A stretch of 64,000 bases of DNA from Tagaea sp. (GCA_965279525.1 CBDIIB010000005.1:1664001-1728000); one strand, 5' to 3'; positions 20,103 to 31,007 are shown, counted from the first letter of the stretch. Notes: a model not told the origin generated them from the sequence alone. A program made the numbers and translations.

Positions 20103-21029
20103 TTAGCGGAAACGCAAATCAGGGTGCCAGACCGCCACAAGCCCGTCAAGCGTAAGTCGTTCCGGCAGATAGCTTTTTCCCAACGCCGCCGAAACGGCTG
20201 TCCGGACGAGCCCGCCCAGCAGCTGTTCTTCTCGCCAAACCCTGATTTCCCGCAGCGGAAAGCTTGATTTGACGCCCTTTTCCTCAAGCCAGTCGCGCGC
20301 CTCGCCGATCCCGCCAAGGGCGTCGATCAGGCCGTTGGCCTTGGCCTGGCGGCCCGTGTAGACGCGCCCGTCGGCCAGTGCGAGCGCCGTCGGACGGTCC
20401 ATACCGCGCCGTTCGGCGACCATGCCGACGAACATTTCGTACATGTCCTCGACCAACGCGCGGGTCGCGGCGCGGCCCGTATCGGTCAAAGGCTCGAGCG
20501 GCGAGGGCACGGCCTTCAGCGGCGACGACTTGATCGCCTCGGCCGACACGCCGAGCTTTTCCAGCAGGCCCGTCACGTCGGTCGTCTGCAGGATCACGCC
20601 GATCGAGCCGGTGATCGTGCCCTCGCGCGCGACGATGTGGTCGGCCGCGATCGCGACCATGTAGCCGCCCGACGCCGCGACCTCGCCCAGCACGGCGACG
20701 ACGGGCTTGGTCTCGGCGATCCGGCGCACGGCGCGAAAGAAGCTCTCGCCGCCCACGACGGTGCCGCCGGGGCTGTCGATGCGCAGCACGAGCGCTTTGG
20801 CGGACGAACCGTCCATCGTCTCTTCGAGCGCCTCGATGAGGTCGGTATCGTCGGTGATGATGCCGGACAGGCGCAACTCGGCGACGAAGGGGCCGTAGTT
20901 GCGAGCGATGTCGCTGCCGCCCGCGAGCAGGGCGATGGCGCCGGCCGCGACCAGCACGCTGGCCGCACGCCACAGGGAACGCGAGCGCTTGAGCCGGCGC
21001 CGTTCGACGAGAAGTTCAGGATCGTTCAT
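20103..21029 (-). CDS. sppA: Signal peptide peptidase SppA (S49)
   Basis: LRIDSPGG, AASGGY, TITGSIGV, ADGRVYTGRQA..GLIDALG. Confidence 0.93.
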   Translation of the reverse strand: MNDPELLVERRRLKRSRSLWRAASVLVAAGAIALLAGGSDIARNYGPFVAELRLSGIITDDTDLIEALEETMDGSSAKALVLRIDSPGGTVVGGESFFRAVRRIAETKPVVAVLGEVAASGGYMVAIAADHIVAREGTITGSIGVILQTTDVTGLLEKLGVSAEAIKSSPLKAVPSPLEPLTDTGRAATRALVEDMYEMFVGMVAERRGMDRPTALALADGRVYTGRQAKANGLIDALGGIGEARDWLEEKGVKSSFPLREIRVWREEQLLGGLVRTAVSAALGKSYLPERLTLDGLVAVWHPDLRFR

Positions 21030-21643
21030 GGGCGCAATCTAGGGCCGGGGGCCCGCCGCCTCAAGCCCGGTGCTTCCCGTACATAGACGGGTCGCCCGGC
21101 ATCGACGGAATCGGGTGCGGCACGGAAGCCGGCTTTCTCGAACAGGCTTCGGGTGCCGGTCCACGCGAACACGTCCGGCAGGCGCTTGTCCGACGTCGCC
21201 GGTCGCACCGGATAGCCTTCGACGACGACCGCACCTTGCGCGAACGCGTAGGCAGCCGCCGCCTTCAGCAATGCGCGCCCCACGCCCTTGCCGCGCCAGT
21301 CGCGGCGCACGAAGAAACAGACGACCGACCAGGCGGAGTCGTCGGCGCGCATGCGCCGGAGCTTGCGCGACTTGCCAAGCCGCGGGAACGAAGCGCGCGG
21401 GCCGACGCGGCACCAGCCGACCGGCTCGTCGCCGGCGAAGGCAAGCAAAGCGTGCGTGTGCCCGGCGCGCATTTCCATTTCGAGCGCGCGGCGGTTGGGA
21501 TCGCCGCGGCCCTCGTCATAGTCGGCCTTGAGCAGGCCCCAATACATGCACCAGCAGCCAGCACATGCCCCCTTCACGCCGAAGAGGGTGGCGACGGCCG
21601 GCATGTCGGACCGGAGGGCGGGGCGGATCGTCGGCCGGGTCAT
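21026..21643 (-). CDS. GNAT family N-acetyltransferase
   Basis: GACAGCWCMYW, VGWCRVGPR, WSVVCFFVRRDWRGKGVG, VEGYPV. Confidence 0.88.
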   Translation of the reverse strand: MTRPTIRPALRSDMPAVATLFGVKGACAGCWCMYWGLLKADYDEGRGDPNRRALEMEMRAGHTHALLAFAGDEPVGWCRVGPRASFPRLGKSRKLRRMRADDSAWSVVCFFVRRDWRGKGVGRALLKAAAAYAFAQGAVVVEGYPVRPATSDKRLPDVFAWTGTRSLFEKAGFRAAPDSVDAGRPVYVREAPGLRRRAPGPRLRP

Positions 21644-21671
21644 GCGCGCGAGGATAGGCCGGGCGGCGGGC

Positions 21672-21704
21672 AAAGAAAAAGGGCGGACCTTTCGGTCCGC
21701 CCTT
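21672..21704 (-). terminator. Rho-independent terminator of rpsA
   Basis: Minus strand AAGGGCGGACC-GAAA-GGTCCGCCCTTTTTCTTT, 30 nt after rpsA stop. Confidence 0.9.
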
Positions 21705-21734
21705 CGTTCTTTCCCGGTCGGGAAAGGTGCAGGA

Positions 21735-23462
21735 TCACTCCTGCTCCTTCTCCGCCTTGCGCTTGAGGGCGGCACCGAGGATGTCGCCGAGCGAAGCGCC
21801 CGAGTCCGAGGACCCGAACTGCTGCATGGCTTCCTTGTCTTCCTCGATCTCGCGCGCCTTGATGGACATCGAGATCTTGCGGCTCGCGCGATCCATCTGG
21901 GTGATCTTCGCGTCGACCTTCTCGCCCATCGCGTAACGCTCGGGGCGCTGCTCCGCACGGTCGCGGCTCAGGTCCGACTTGCGGATGAAGCCGGTGACGC
22001 CGTCGGCCAGCGTGAGCTCGATGCCGTTTTCCTGCACGGCCGAGACCGTGCCGGTGACGACGTCGCCCTTCTTGAAGCCCTGGGCGGCGGATTCGAACGG
22101 ATCGGCCGTGAGCTGCTTGATGCCGAGCGAGATGCGTTCCTTCTCGACGTCGACGTCCAGCACCTTGACCTTGACCTTGTCGCCCTTCTTGTAGGCCTTG
22201 ATGGCCTCTTCGCCGGACTTCTCCCAGTCGATGTCGGAGAGGTGCACCATGCCGTCGATCTCGCCGGGCAGGCCCACGAACAGGCCGAACTCGGTGATGT
22301 TCTTGACCTCGCCCTCGAGCTCCGTGCCGCCCTGGAACTTGACCTTGAACACGTCCCACGGGTTGTCCATGCACTGCTTGAGGCCGAGCGAGATGCGGCG
22401 CTTCGAGCTGTCGACGTCGAGCACCATCACTTCGACTTCCTGCGAGGTCGAGACGATCTTGCCCGGGTGGACGTTCTTCTTCGTCCAGCTCATCTCCGAG
22501 ACGTGCACGAGGCCTTCGATGCCCGGCTCCAGCTCCACGAAGGCGCCGTAGTCGGTGATGTTCGTGACGCGACCCTTGAAGCGCGCGTTCGCCGGATACT
22601 TGGCGGCAACGCCTTCCCACGGATCGGCCTCGAGCTGCTTCATGCCCAGCGAGATGCGCTGGGTCTCGGCGTTGAAGCGGATGACCTGCACCTTGACGTG
22701 CTGGCCGATCGACAGCGCTTCCGACGGATGGTTGATGCGCTTCCAGGCGATGTCGGTGACGTGCAGCAGGCCGTCCACGCCGCCGAGATCGACGAACGCG
22801 CCGTAGTCCGTGATGTTCTTGACCACGCCTTCGAGGATCTGGCCTTCCTTCAGCGAGGCGACCAGTTCCGAGCGCTGCTCGGCGCGTGTCTCTTCGAGGA
22901 CGGCGCGCCGCGAGACGACGATGTTGCCGCGCGAGCGGTCCATCTTGAGGATCTGGAAGGGCTGCGGGGTGCCCATCAGCGGGGTGATGTCGCGCACGGG
23001 GCGGATGTCGACCTGGCTGCCGGGAAGGAACGCGACCGCACCGCCGAGATCGACCGTGAAGCCGCCCTTGACGCGCCCGAAGATGACGCCGGTGACGCGC
23101 GCGTTGTCCTTGAAGTTCTTGTCCAGCGCGCCCCAGGCTTCTTCGCGCTTTGCCTTGTCGCGCGAGAGCGAGGCTTCGCCGTGCTTGTCTTCCATGCGCT
23201 CGACGAACACGTCGACCGTGTCGCCGGCCTTGAGCTCGACGGGCGTGCCCGCCGTGCCGAATTCCTTGAGGGCCACGCGGCCTTCCGACTTGAGGCCCAC
23301 GTCGATGATGGCGAAATCGCCCTCGATCGAGATCACGGTGCCCTTGACGACGCGGCCGTCGAACGACCCGCCTGCGCCGAGCGACTCTTCAAGCAGAGCC
23401 GCAAAACTCTCGCCGCCCGTCGACGCCGTCGGCGCCTTGGACAGGCTGGATGCTTTCGCCAT
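21735..23462 (-). CDS. rpsA: 30S ribosomal protein S1
   Basis: Six S1 repeats; DVGLKSEG, AFLPGSQVD, KNITDYGAFVDLGG.DGLLH, SGASLGDILG tail. Confidence 0.98.
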   Translation of the reverse strand: MAKASSLSKAPTASTGGESFAALLEESLGAGGSFDGRVVKGTVISIEGDFAIIDVGLKSEGRVALKEFGTAGTPVELKAGDTVDVFVERMEDKHGEASLSRDKAKREEAWGALDKNFKDNARVTGVIFGRVKGGFTVDLGGAVAFLPGSQVDIRPVRDITPLMGTPQPFQILKMDRSRGNIVVSRRAVLEETRAEQRSELVASLKEGQILEGVVKNITDYGAFVDLGGVDGLLHVTDIAWKRINHPSEALSIGQHVKVQVIRFNAETQRISLGMKQLEADPWEGVAAKYPANARFKGRVTNITDYGAFVELEPGIEGLVHVSEMSWTKKNVHPGKIVSTSQEVEVMVLDVDSSKRRISLGLKQCMDNPWDVFKVKFQGGTELEGEVKNITEFGLFVGLPGEIDGMVHLSDIDWEKSGEEAIKAYKKGDKVKVKVLDVDVEKERISLGIKQLTADPFESAAQGFKKGDVVTGTVSAVQENGIELTLADGVTGFIRKSDLSRDRAEQRPERYAMGEKVDAKITQMDRASRKISMSIKAREIEEDKEAMQQFGSSDSGASLGDILGAALKRKAEKEQE

Positions 23463-23551
23463 TCAGATGGTTCCTCTCGTATTCAACGCCGGACGTCCGT
23501 AAGGCACATTGCCTTCGGCCGACGCCGGGGCTGGGGTTCGCGCTTCGGGGA

Positions 23552-24169
23552 CTATCCCCGGGCGCGTGTCTTCGCCGAGATGAGGCCGAGAGCCATCCGG
23601 AACGCTGCGTCGGGATCGAGATCGGACGTGTCGAGCACGTCGGCATCGGAAGCCGGCTTCAAGGGGGCTTCAGCACGTTCGCTGTCCCGCTTGTCGCGTT
23701 CCGCCAGATCGGCGAAAACGGCGGCATATATAGGGGTTTCACCTCGGCCAAGCAATTCATTATATCGCCGCCGCGCGCGTGCCTCGGGGCTGGCCGTGAC
23801 GAAGATCTTCACGGTTTCCGGCCACGGGCACACGACGGTGCCGATGTCGCGCCCGTCGAGCACGGCCCCTTGCGCCTGGCGGGCGAAATTGCGCTGGAAT
23901 TCCAACAGGGACGCGCGCACCGCGGGGATGACCGCGACCTTCGAGGCATGCGCCCCCACGGCCCCGCTGCGCAGGTCGGGGGCATCCATGTCGGCAAGGC
24001 GGAAGCCGGCGGCGGCCGCCTCCGGCGTTTCGCCGGTGCGCAAGACCCTGGACGCAACCGCCCGATAAAGCGCCCCCGTATCGAGATGCGGCAGGCCGAA
24101 ATGCGCGGCGATCCGCTTGGCGAGCGTGCCCTTGCCGGCGGCGGCCGGCCCGTCGAGGGCGATGATCAT
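23552..24169 (-). CDS. cmk: Cytidylate kinase
   Basis: [36 protein letters not shown]. Confidence 0.96.
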   Translation of the reverse strand: MIIALDGPAAAGKGTLAKRIAAHFGLPHLDTGALYRAVASRVLRTGETPEAAAAGFRLADMDAPDLRSGAVGAHASKVAVIPAVRASLLEFQRNFARQAQGAVLDGRDIGTVVCPWPETVKIFVTASPEARARRRYNELLGRGETPIYAAVFADLAERDKRDSERAEAPLKPASDADVLDTSDLDPDAAFRMALGLISAKTRARG

Positions 24170-25536
24170 CGGCCCGTGTCGACCTGGCCGCCCAGTGTGC
24201 GCACCAGCTCGATGAAGCCGGGGAAGCTCGTCGCGATGGCGCCGATGTCGTCGACCGTGACGGGCTTGGCGGCCGCAAGGCCCATCACGAGGAAGCTCAT
24301 CGCGATGCGGTGGTCGAGATGCGTGGCGATCGCGGGCGTGCCGGCCGCCATGCCCGGCGGCGGGCCGTCATTGCCTTCGACGATCAGGTCGTCGCCGTCG
24401 ATGGTCGCGGCAACGCCGCACGCCGCAAGGCCGCGCGCGATGGCCGACAGCCGGTCGCTTTCCTTGACGCGAAGCTCGTTCAAGCCGCGCATCACGGTGC
24501 GCCCCTTCGCGCACGACGCGGCGACCGCGAGGATCGGGTATTCGTCGATCATCGAGGGCGCGCGTCCCGCCGGCACGTCGACGCCCTTCAGCTTGGTGAA
24601 CTTCACAGAAATGTCGCCGACCGGCTCGCCGGCCTGGGTGGACGCATTGCCGATATCGAGCGTGGCGCCCATCTCGCGCAGCGTCTGGTAGAGCCCCGTG
24701 CGCCGCACGTTGAGGCCCACGTTGCGCACCGTCACCTCCGAACCCGGCACGATCAGGCCGGCGACGAGTGCAAACGCGGCCGACGACGGATCGCCGGGCA
24801 CGCGGACGTCGCGGCCCGTCAGCTCCGGCTGGCCCTTGAGTGCGATGCGGGTCCCCTGCGGCGTATCGCTTACGTCGAGCTCGGCGCCGAAATGGCGGAA
24901 CATCAGCTCGGTATGGTCGCGCGTGGCTTCCTTCTCGATCACGACCGTGGTGCCTGGCGTGTTGAGGCCGGCCAGAAGGACCGCACTCTTCACCTGGGCC
25001 GACGGCACGGGGACCACGTACTCGATGGGCAGCGGCTCGGCAGCGCCGATCACGGTCAACGGCAGCAGCACCTTGCCGTCGGCCCGCCCGCGCGCGACGA
25101 ACTTGGCGCCCATCTTTTCCAGCGGCTGCGTGACGCGGCCCATCGGCCGGCGGCGCAGCGAGGCATCGCCCGTGAACACGGCGACGATTGGGTGGGACGC
25201 GATCAGGCCCATCAGCAGGCGCGCACCGGTCCCGGCATTGCCAAGGTCGAGCACGTCGGCGGGTTCGACGAGCGCACCCACGCCGCGCCCGCGCGCGCGC
25301 CAGATGCCCGTCTTGTCGTCGCGGGAGATCTCGGCGCCCATCTGGCGCATCGCGGCGGCCGTGCGCAGCACGTCCTCGCCCTCGAGCAGGCCGTGAATGA
25401 CCGTCTCGCCCACGGCGAGCCCGCCCAGCATCAGCGAGCGGTGGGAGATCGACTTGTCGCCCGGCACGCCGGTCGTGCCCTTGAGCGGGGCGCCCGGCCG
25501 GCTGGTGGCGGGGAGGGGCGGTGTGGCGCTCGACAT
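24166..25536 (-). CDS. aroA: 3-phosphoshikimate 1-carboxyvinyltransferase (class II EPSPS)
   Basis: [49 protein letters not shown]; start at MSSATPP. Confidence 0.97.
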   Translation of the reverse strand: MSSATPPLPATSRPGAPLKGTTGVPGDKSISHRSLMLGGLAVGETVIHGLLEGEDVLRTAAAMRQMGAEISRDDKTGIWRARGRGVGALVEPADVLDLGNAGTGARLLMGLIASHPIVAVFTGDASLRRRPMGRVTQPLEKMGAKFVARGRADGKVLLPLTVIGAAEPLPIEYVVPVPSAQVKSAVLLAGLNTPGTTVVIEKEATRDHTELMFRHFGAELDVSDTPQGTRIALKGQPELTGRDVRVPGDPSSAAFALVAGLIVPGSEVTVRNVGLNVRRTGLYQTLREMGATLDIGNASTQAGEPVGDISVKFTKLKGVDVPAGRAPSMIDEYPILAVAASCAKGRTVMRGLNELRVKESDRLSAIARGLAACGVAATIDGDDLIVEGNDGPPPGMAAGTPAIATHLDHRIAMSFLVMGLAAAKPVTVDDIGAIATSFPGFIELVRTLGGQVDTGR

Positions 25537-25718
25537 GGGGCCTCTAAGTGGGAATTGCGGCGGCAGGATCAGGGCTTGTAGCAACGCCGCCCGGCAGGGG
25601 CAACCGCCGCCGGCGGGCGCCGGTTGACAGGGGGGCCGGGACATGGCATTCCCCCCGCCCGTTCGAATTTGGTGCCGTTTTTGCGACGTAAACGGGCGGT
25701 ACCGCGAAGGAGCGATCG

Positions 25719-26042
25719 ATGGCGAAGGCCGAATGGGGTTTGAAGCGCACGTGCCAGGGCTGTGGCGCGCGTTTCTATGACCTGTCCAAGGATCCGATCA
25801 TGTGCCCGAAATGCGGGGCCGAGTACGATCCCGAAGTGCTGCTGAAGTCGCGTCGCGGCAAGCCGGCACCGGCTCCGAAGGTCGTCGCCGCCGTGGTCGA
25901 GGAGGTCGAGGTCCCCGACGCCCCCGCCGAGGAGGGTGCCGAGGAAGAGGAAGATGCGGTGATCGAGGACACCTCGGAACTGGGCGAGGACGAAGAAGAC
26001 GTCGCCGAGGTGATCGAGAACGTCGAAGACGAGGAACGTTGA
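25719..26042 (+). CDS. TIGR02300 / FYDLN acid-domain protein
   Basis: [25 protein letters not shown] zinc ribbon and acidic tail; AAGGAG SD; conserved location beside aroA and tRNA-Ala. Confidence 0.92.
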   Translation: MAKAEWGLKRTCQGCGARFYDLSKDPIMCPKCGAEYDPEVLLKSRRGKPAPAPKVVAAVVEEVEVPDAPAEEGAEEEEDAVIEDTSELGEDEEDVAEVIENVEDEER

Positions 26043-26108
26043 CCCTCGGGCACCTTTCGCCATAAATAACGCCGCAGGCCCGGGGACCCAAACCCGGCCG
26101 CAGATTTC

Positions 26109-26184
26109 GGGGCCATAGCTCAGCTGGGAGAGCGCCGCAATGGCATTGCGGAGGTCAGCGGTTCGATCCCGCTTGGCTCCACCA
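26109..26184 (+). tRNA. tRNA-Ala(GGC)
   Basis: GGGGCCATAGCTCAGCTGGGAGAGCG CCGCA-ATGGCAT-TGCGG AGGTCAGCGGTTCGATCCCGCTTGGCTCCACCA; 76 nt, G3-U70 pair, encoded CCA. Confidence 0.98.
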
Positions 26185-26193
26185 AGACGAAAC

Positions 26194-26230
26194 AAGGGCT
26201 TCGCCGGAAACGGCGGAGCCCTTATGTTTT
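26194..26230 (+). terminator. Terminator hairpin after tRNA-Ala
   Basis: AAGGGCTTCGCCG-GAAA-CGGCGGAGCCCTT followed by ATGTTTT. Confidence 0.75.
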
Positions 26231-26252
26231 GGGCCGCATCAAAGGAGCACCC

Positions 26253-27230
26253 ATGAAGATCGCGATCGTCGGGGCAGGGGCAATCGGCGGGACCATTGCC
26301 GGGACGCTGGCGCGCAAGGGCGGGCACGAGGTTTCGGTGCTGGCGCGCGGAGCCCATCTCGCGGCGATCCGCGCGGGCGGGCTGAAGCTCGAGACCGAGA
26401 CCGGTGTGACGACCCATCGTCTTGCGGCATCCGACAAGCCGGCCGATCTGGGTGCGCAGGACATCGTGATCCTGGCGGCCAAGGGACATGGGCTGCCCGC
26501 ACTTGCACCGACGCTTTCGCCGCTGCTCGCCAAGGACACCATCGTCGTGTGCGCGCAGAACGGCATCCCGTGGTGGTTCTTCGCCGGCATCGACGCGCCC
26601 GAGCGCGACACGCCGCTTCCCGTCATCGATCCGGGCGGCGGCATCTGGAAGGCGCTGTCGGGCACGCGCGCGATCGGCTGCATGATCCAGATGCCGGCCA
26701 GCGTGCCGGCCCCCGGCCATGTCCACAATCCCGGCCTGCCGCGCACGCTCACGCTTGGCACGCCGCGCAAAGGTTCCGATCCCGAAGCGCTCGCCACCGC
26801 TTGCGGCGTGCTGTCGGCTGCCGGCTTCGAGGCGAAGCCGACCGACGACATGCGCACGGTCGTGTGGAACAAGCTCGTGCAGAACGCGTTCTTCGGGCCG
26901 ACCAGCGTGCTCACGCAGGCGCGCAACGGCGAGATCGTCGGCGCACCGGGCATTGCCGAGCTTCGCGCGCGCGTCGTCGATGAAGGGGTCGCCGCCGCTG
27001 CCGCGTGGGGCAGTTCGCTTGCCGACGCAGTACCAGCACTCAACTCGCCCAACATCGGCAGCCCCAACCACAAGACGTCGATGCTGCAGGATTTCGAGGC
27101 CGGCCGGCCGGTCGAGATCGGCCCGATCCTCGCCGCCCCCATCGATCTCGGGCGCCGGCGCGGCGTGGCGATGCCGACATTCGAAGCACTGCACACGTTG
27201 ATGGCGCTGCGAACGGCAAAGCGCGACTGA
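26253..27230 (+). CDS. Ketopantoate reductase (PanE/ApbA) family
   Basis: [45 protein letters not shown]; AAGGAG SD. Confidence 0.9.
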   Translation: MKIAIVGAGAIGGTIAGTLARKGGHEVSVLARGAHLAAIRAGGLKLETETGVTTHRLAASDKPADLGAQDIVILAAKGHGLPALAPTLSPLLAKDTIVVCAQNGIPWWFFAGIDAPERDTPLPVIDPGGGIWKALSGTRAIGCMIQMPASVPAPGHVHNPGLPRTLTLGTPRKGSDPEALATACGVLSAAGFEAKPTDDMRTVVWNKLVQNAFFGPTSVLTQARNGEIVGAPGIAELRARVVDEGVAAAAAWGSSLADAVPALNSPNIGSPNHKTSMLQDFEAGRPVEIGPILAAPIDLGRRRGVAMPTFEALHTLMALRTAKRD

Positions 27231-27243
27231 AGGCGGGGGGCGC

Positions 27244-28368
27244 GTGAAAGACATCCAGGTCGGGCTGATCGGGGCGGGCTATATCGGCCACACGATGGCG
27301 CTTGCCTATCGCGCGGTCGGTGCCCTGTTCCCCGACCTGCCGCGCGTGCGGCTTGCGATGCTTGCCGATGTCGATGCCGCCGGTGCCGCGAAGGCCGCCG
27401 CGCGCTATGGCTTCGCGGCGGCGACGGCTGACTGGCGCGCGCTCGTCGCCGATCCCGCGATCGACATCGTCGCCATCGCCACGCCCAACCATCTGCATCG
27501 CGACATGGCGGTCGCGGCCCTTGAAGCGGGCAAGCACGTGCATTGCGAGAAGCCGCTCGCCCTCGATCTTGCACAGGCGCGCACGATGGAAGCGGCGGCG
27601 CGGCGTGCAAAGACATGCACCATCGTCGGCTACAACTATCTGCACAACCCGATGATCCGCACGGCGCGCGCAATCGTCGCCAGCGGCGAGATCGGCACGC
27701 CGGTGCATTTCAAGGGTGCCCACGACGAAGACTACATGGCCGATCCGGCGCTGCCGTTTTCGTGGCGCTGCGACCGGGCGCTCGCCGGGGCCGGCGCGCT
27801 CGCCGATCTGGGCTCGCACATCCTGAGTTTCGCCGACGCGCTGATGGGACCGGTCGCCGAAGTATGCGGCGATGTTTCCACGACGGTGCCGGTGCGCCCG
27901 CTGCAAGGCGGCGGCACACGCAAGGTCGAGAACGAGGACCAGGGCCATTTCCTCGTCCGCTTCGCGAGCGGGGCGACGGGTGCCATCGGGGCAAGCCGCG
28001 TGGCGCAGGGACGCAAGATGGGTCTCGCCTTCGAACTCGTCGGCACGAAGGGCTCGATCTCGTTCGACCAAGAGCGGCTCAACGAGCTTCGCGTCTATCG
28101 CGCGGACATGGGCACGGGCCGTGCCGGCTACACGACGATCCTCGCCGGCCCCGAGCATCCGGGCTATGCCGCGTTCTGCCCGGCGCCGGGCCATCAGATC
28201 GGCTTCACCGACCTGAAGACGCTCGAGGTGGCGCATTTCCTTGGCGCCATCCGCGACAAGGTGCCGGCCGAACCAGATTTCGCCGCCGCCTTGCGCTATG
28301 AGCGCGTCATCGACGCGGCGCTGCGTTCGGCCGAAGAACGGCGCTGGGTCCCGGTCGCGGCGGCGTAG
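27244..28368 (+). CDS. Gfo/Idh/MocA family oxidoreductase
   Basis: [36 protein letters not shown]. Confidence 0.93.
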   Translation: MKDIQVGLIGAGYIGHTMALAYRAVGALFPDLPRVRLAMLADVDAAGAAKAAARYGFAAATADWRALVADPAIDIVAIATPNHLHRDMAVAALEAGKHVHCEKPLALDLAQARTMEAAARRAKTCTIVGYNYLHNPMIRTARAIVASGEIGTPVHFKGAHDEDYMADPALPFSWRCDRALAGAGALADLGSHILSFADALMGPVAEVCGDVSTTVPVRPLQGGGTRKVENEDQGHFLVRFASGATGAIGASRVAQGRKMGLAFELVGTKGSISFDQERLNELRVYRADMGTGRAGYTTILAGPEHPGYAAFCPAPGHQIGFTDLKTLEVAHFLGAIRDKVPAEPDFAAALRYERVIDAALRSAEERRWVPVAAA

Positions 28369-28386
28369 CCGCGCCGGACAGCCAGG

Positions 28387-28752
28387 TCAGGTCTTGGGAT
28401 TGCTCAGCATGTCGGCGCAGGCGCGCGCGACGTCGGAATCGGGCTTGTTGCTGCCGGGCATCTGGGCGAAGCCGCTGCGCTCGATGACGGAGCCGCGCTC
28501 CCACGAACTCGTCTTCACCAGTTCGCCGAGCTTCGTCGAGGCGTCGCCCTGCGCGCGGAACAGCGACACGCAGATGGGTGCGAGCACGCCGACGACGGCC
28601 TCGTGCGAGGCGGCGGCGACGCGCTTGTCGGAGGTCCCGCCAGTCACCCAGCCGCCCCAGTTGAAGCCGAGGATCGCGAGTGCGACGGCACCGGCGGCGG
28701 CACCCCACAGGAACGGCGTGGTCGTGGGGGGAAGTTTCATTGAAATGGCCAC
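28387..28752 (-). CDS. Conserved hypothetical membrane-anchored protein (GFNWGGW motif, paired Cys)
   Basis: N-terminal TM, GFNWGGWVTGGT, LAPICV, VARACA; GTG start with AAGGA SD. Confidence 0.82.
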   Translation of the reverse strand: MAISMKLPPTTTPFLWGAAAGAVALAILGFNWGGWVTGGTSDKRVAAASHEAVVGVLAPICVSLFRAQGDASTKLGELVKTSSWERGSVIERSGFAQMPGSNKPDSDVARACADMLSNPKT

Positions 28753-28827
28753 GGGATATCCTTCAAAAGAATCGGAGCGCCGGGCGGAATGCCGCGACGC
28801 CTGTTTCGGGGAGCAGGCCGGCCGGGA

Positions 28828-28917
28828 TCAGACGGGTGCGCGCAACAGCGCGTAGACACCGATCAGCAGGACCAGCAGGGCAGGGACGACGACAGGCGGA
28901 ATGAACCAATTGGGCAT
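28828..28917 (-). CDS. 29-aa hydrophobic small protein (MPNWFIPPVVVPALLVLLIGVYALLRAPV)
   Basis: Hand-translated; ATG preceded by GGAG at 7 nt, single TM helix, GC-rich third positions, TGA at 28828-28830. Confidence 0.7.
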   Translation of the reverse strand: MPNWFIPPVVVPALLVLLIGVYALLRAPV

Positions 28918-29013
28918 TTGCAACTCCACGCGGCAGGAACCGGGGCGGGAGCGCAGTTCTCTCTCAGCCATCGAAGCCGGAAAGAGCCTTGTCGATGGTG
29001 ACGGACCCTACAC

Positions 29014-29526
29014 TTATCGGGTGACCGTGTCGTCCTTCATCGCCGCTTCGCGCCGGGCAAGGCTTTCGGCCGGCCACAGGCGCTCGCGGTCGTAGTATTC
29101 CGGAACCGACGGCATGTCGGGCGGCAGCACGACCCAGGGCTGCTTCGACGCCGTGAAGATGTGGATGTCGGGCGGCAGGCGGTCCGGCTCGTCGAGCGTG
29201 CCGACGCGCACGAAGGCGATCTTCGGCCCGGCACCCGAATAGTGGCTCCACAGCGCCACACGGCATGTCGGGCAGCGCACGATGCGCTGGCCCTTTCCGC
29301 TGTTCGACGGCGTGTCGACCGTTTCGGGCGTGCCGGCCAGCAGGGCGATCCGGCCGGTCTCGATCATGGCGTTGATCGCGAAGGCACTGCCCGATTCGCG
29401 CTGGCACCACCGGCAGTGGCAGCAATTGACGAACATCGGCCGTACTTCCAGGCGGTAGCGGACCGCCCGGCACGTGCAGCCGCCCTCGAAACCGCCCGCC
29501 GCCGTTCCGGCCATCTTTTCCTTCAT
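29014..29526 (-). CDS. GFA / CENP-V family protein
   Basis: EGGCTCRAVRY, CCHCRWCQR, RCPTC, VRVGTLD, HIFTASKQPW; exact start uncertain. Confidence 0.92.
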   Translation of the reverse strand: MKEKMAGTAAGGFEGGCTCRAVRYRLEVRPMFVNCCHCRWCQRESGSAFAINAMIETGRIALLAGTPETVDTPSNSGKGQRIVRCPTCRVALWSHYSGAGPKIAFVRVGTLDEPDRLPPDIHIFTASKQPWVVLPPDMPSVPEYYDRERLWPAESLARREAAMKDDTVTR

Positions 29527-29586
29527 AGACCCTCTATCCATTGAAATATCGGCGTTTCCCGCCTATTATTAAGGCCAGAGGCGCGC

Positions 29587-29880
29587 ATGGACCAGACCGA
29601 AAGCAAAGTCATCGTCAACCTGCTGCTCACCACGGTGGTGTTCTGCACCATCATGGGCGCCATCGGGTATGTCGTGACGCGTTACCCCGAATTGATCGAC
29701 GGCGCCTCGACGATGGTCAACGGCGTGGCCGTGGCCGTGCCGACGATCATCAGCACCGAGCCGATGACATTGCGTTGCCGCGTGTCGAAGGAGTTCGTGA
29801 TGGAGCCGGGCACCAGCCAGGTGCGCACGACGGCCATGGTCACGAACTGCGTCAACGAGCCGACCGCCAGCAAGAACTGA
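29587..29880 (+). CDS. Hypothetical membrane-anchored protein
   Basis: ATG after GAGG, one N-terminal TM, two C-terminal Cys, genome-typical codon use. Confidence 0.6.
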   Translation: MDQTESKVIVNLLLTTVVFCTIMGAIGYVVTRYPELIDGASTMVNGVAVAVPTIISTEPMTLRCRVSKEFVMEPGTSQVRTTAMVTNCVNEPTASKN

Positions 29881-29904
29881 GCTCTCTTCCCCGGAAGGTT
29901 CCAG

Positions 29905-30921
29905 ATGCTCCAGACCACCGTCGCCGGCAGCCTGCCGAAACCGTCATGGCTGGCCGCACCCCAGCAGCTCTGGGCGCCGTGGCGCCAGACCGGGGCGGCC
30001 CTCGCCGAAGCGCAGGCCGACGCCACCACGCTCGCCGTGCGCCTGCAGCGCCAGGCCGGCATCGACATCCCCAGCGACGGCGAACAGGCCCGCCAGCACT
30101 TCGTCCACGGTTTCCTTGCCGGCGTCACCGGCATCGATTTCGAGAACAAGGTGACGATGGGGATCCGCAACAACCGCTACGACGCGCAGGTCCCCCAGGT
30201 GATCGGTGCCTTGAAGCGCAAGGGGCCGGTCCACTCGATGGAAGCGCGCGCGGCGCGTGCCGCTGCCGACGGCAAGGTCAAGTTCACGCTGCCCGGGCCG
30301 ATGACGATCGTCGACACGATCGCCGACCGCTTCTATGGCGACCGCGTGAAGATGGCGATGGCGTTCGCCGAGCTCCTCAACGAGGAAGCGCGCGAACTGG
30401 AAGCCATCGGCATCGACACGGTCCAGTTCGACGAGCCGGCCTTCAACGTGTTCACCGACGAGGTGCTCGACTGGGGCATCCCTGCACTTCTGCGCGCGGC
30501 CGAAGGGCTGAAATGCACGACCGCCGTGCATGTCTGCTACGGCTACGGCATCCAGGCGAACATCGACTGGAAGAAGACGCTGGGCGACGAATGGCGCCAG
30601 TACGAGCGCATCTTCCCGGCGCTTGCGAAAAGCCGGATCGACCAGGTCAGCCTCGAAGTCGCCAACTCGAAGGTGCCGATCGAGTTCATCGGCCTCTTGA
30701 AGGGCAAGGACGTGCTCGTCGGCTGCATCGACGTGGCGAGCGAAAAAGCCGAGACGCCCGAGGAAGTGGCATCGACGATCCGGCGCGCGATGAAGTACGT
30801 GGATGCGTCGAAGATGTTCCCGTGCACCAACTGCGGCATGGCGCCGATGTCGCGCGAGCTTGCCTATGGAAAGCTCGCGGCGCTGAGCGCCGGGGCGGCC
30901 CTGGTGCGCAAGTCGCTTTGA
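29905..30921 (+). CDS. Cobalamin-independent methionine synthase catalytic-domain protein (MesD-like)
   Basis: AGSLPKPSWLA, DGEQARQHFV, LPGPMT, QFDEPAFNV, zinc ligands HVCYGY / E / CTNCGM; lacks the MetE N-terminal half. Confidence 0.9.
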   Translation: MLQTTVAGSLPKPSWLAAPQQLWAPWRQTGAALAEAQADATTLAVRLQRQAGIDIPSDGEQARQHFVHGFLAGVTGIDFENKVTMGIRNNRYDAQVPQVIGALKRKGPVHSMEARAARAAADGKVKFTLPGPMTIVDTIADRFYGDRVKMAMAFAELLNEEARELEAIGIDTVQFDEPAFNVFTDEVLDWGIPALLRAAEGLKCTTAVHVCYGYGIQANIDWKKTLGDEWRQYERIFPALAKSRIDQVSLEVANSKVPIEFIGLLKGKDVLVGCIDVASEKAETPEEVASTIRRAMKYVDASKMFPCTNCGMAPMSRELAYGKLAALSAGAALVRKSL

Positions 30922-31007
30922 TCCGTCGGGGCACCTGAGCAAAACTTGACGGCATCGACAGTTTTTTTCGCGATCCCCGGACGACATCGAACCCGTAAGT
31001 TCCGCCC

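Noticed and set aside
26109-31000. Possible genomic island integrated at tRNA-Ala
   Set aside because: No integrase, no duplicated tRNA 3' end seen, and downstream genes have host-like composition
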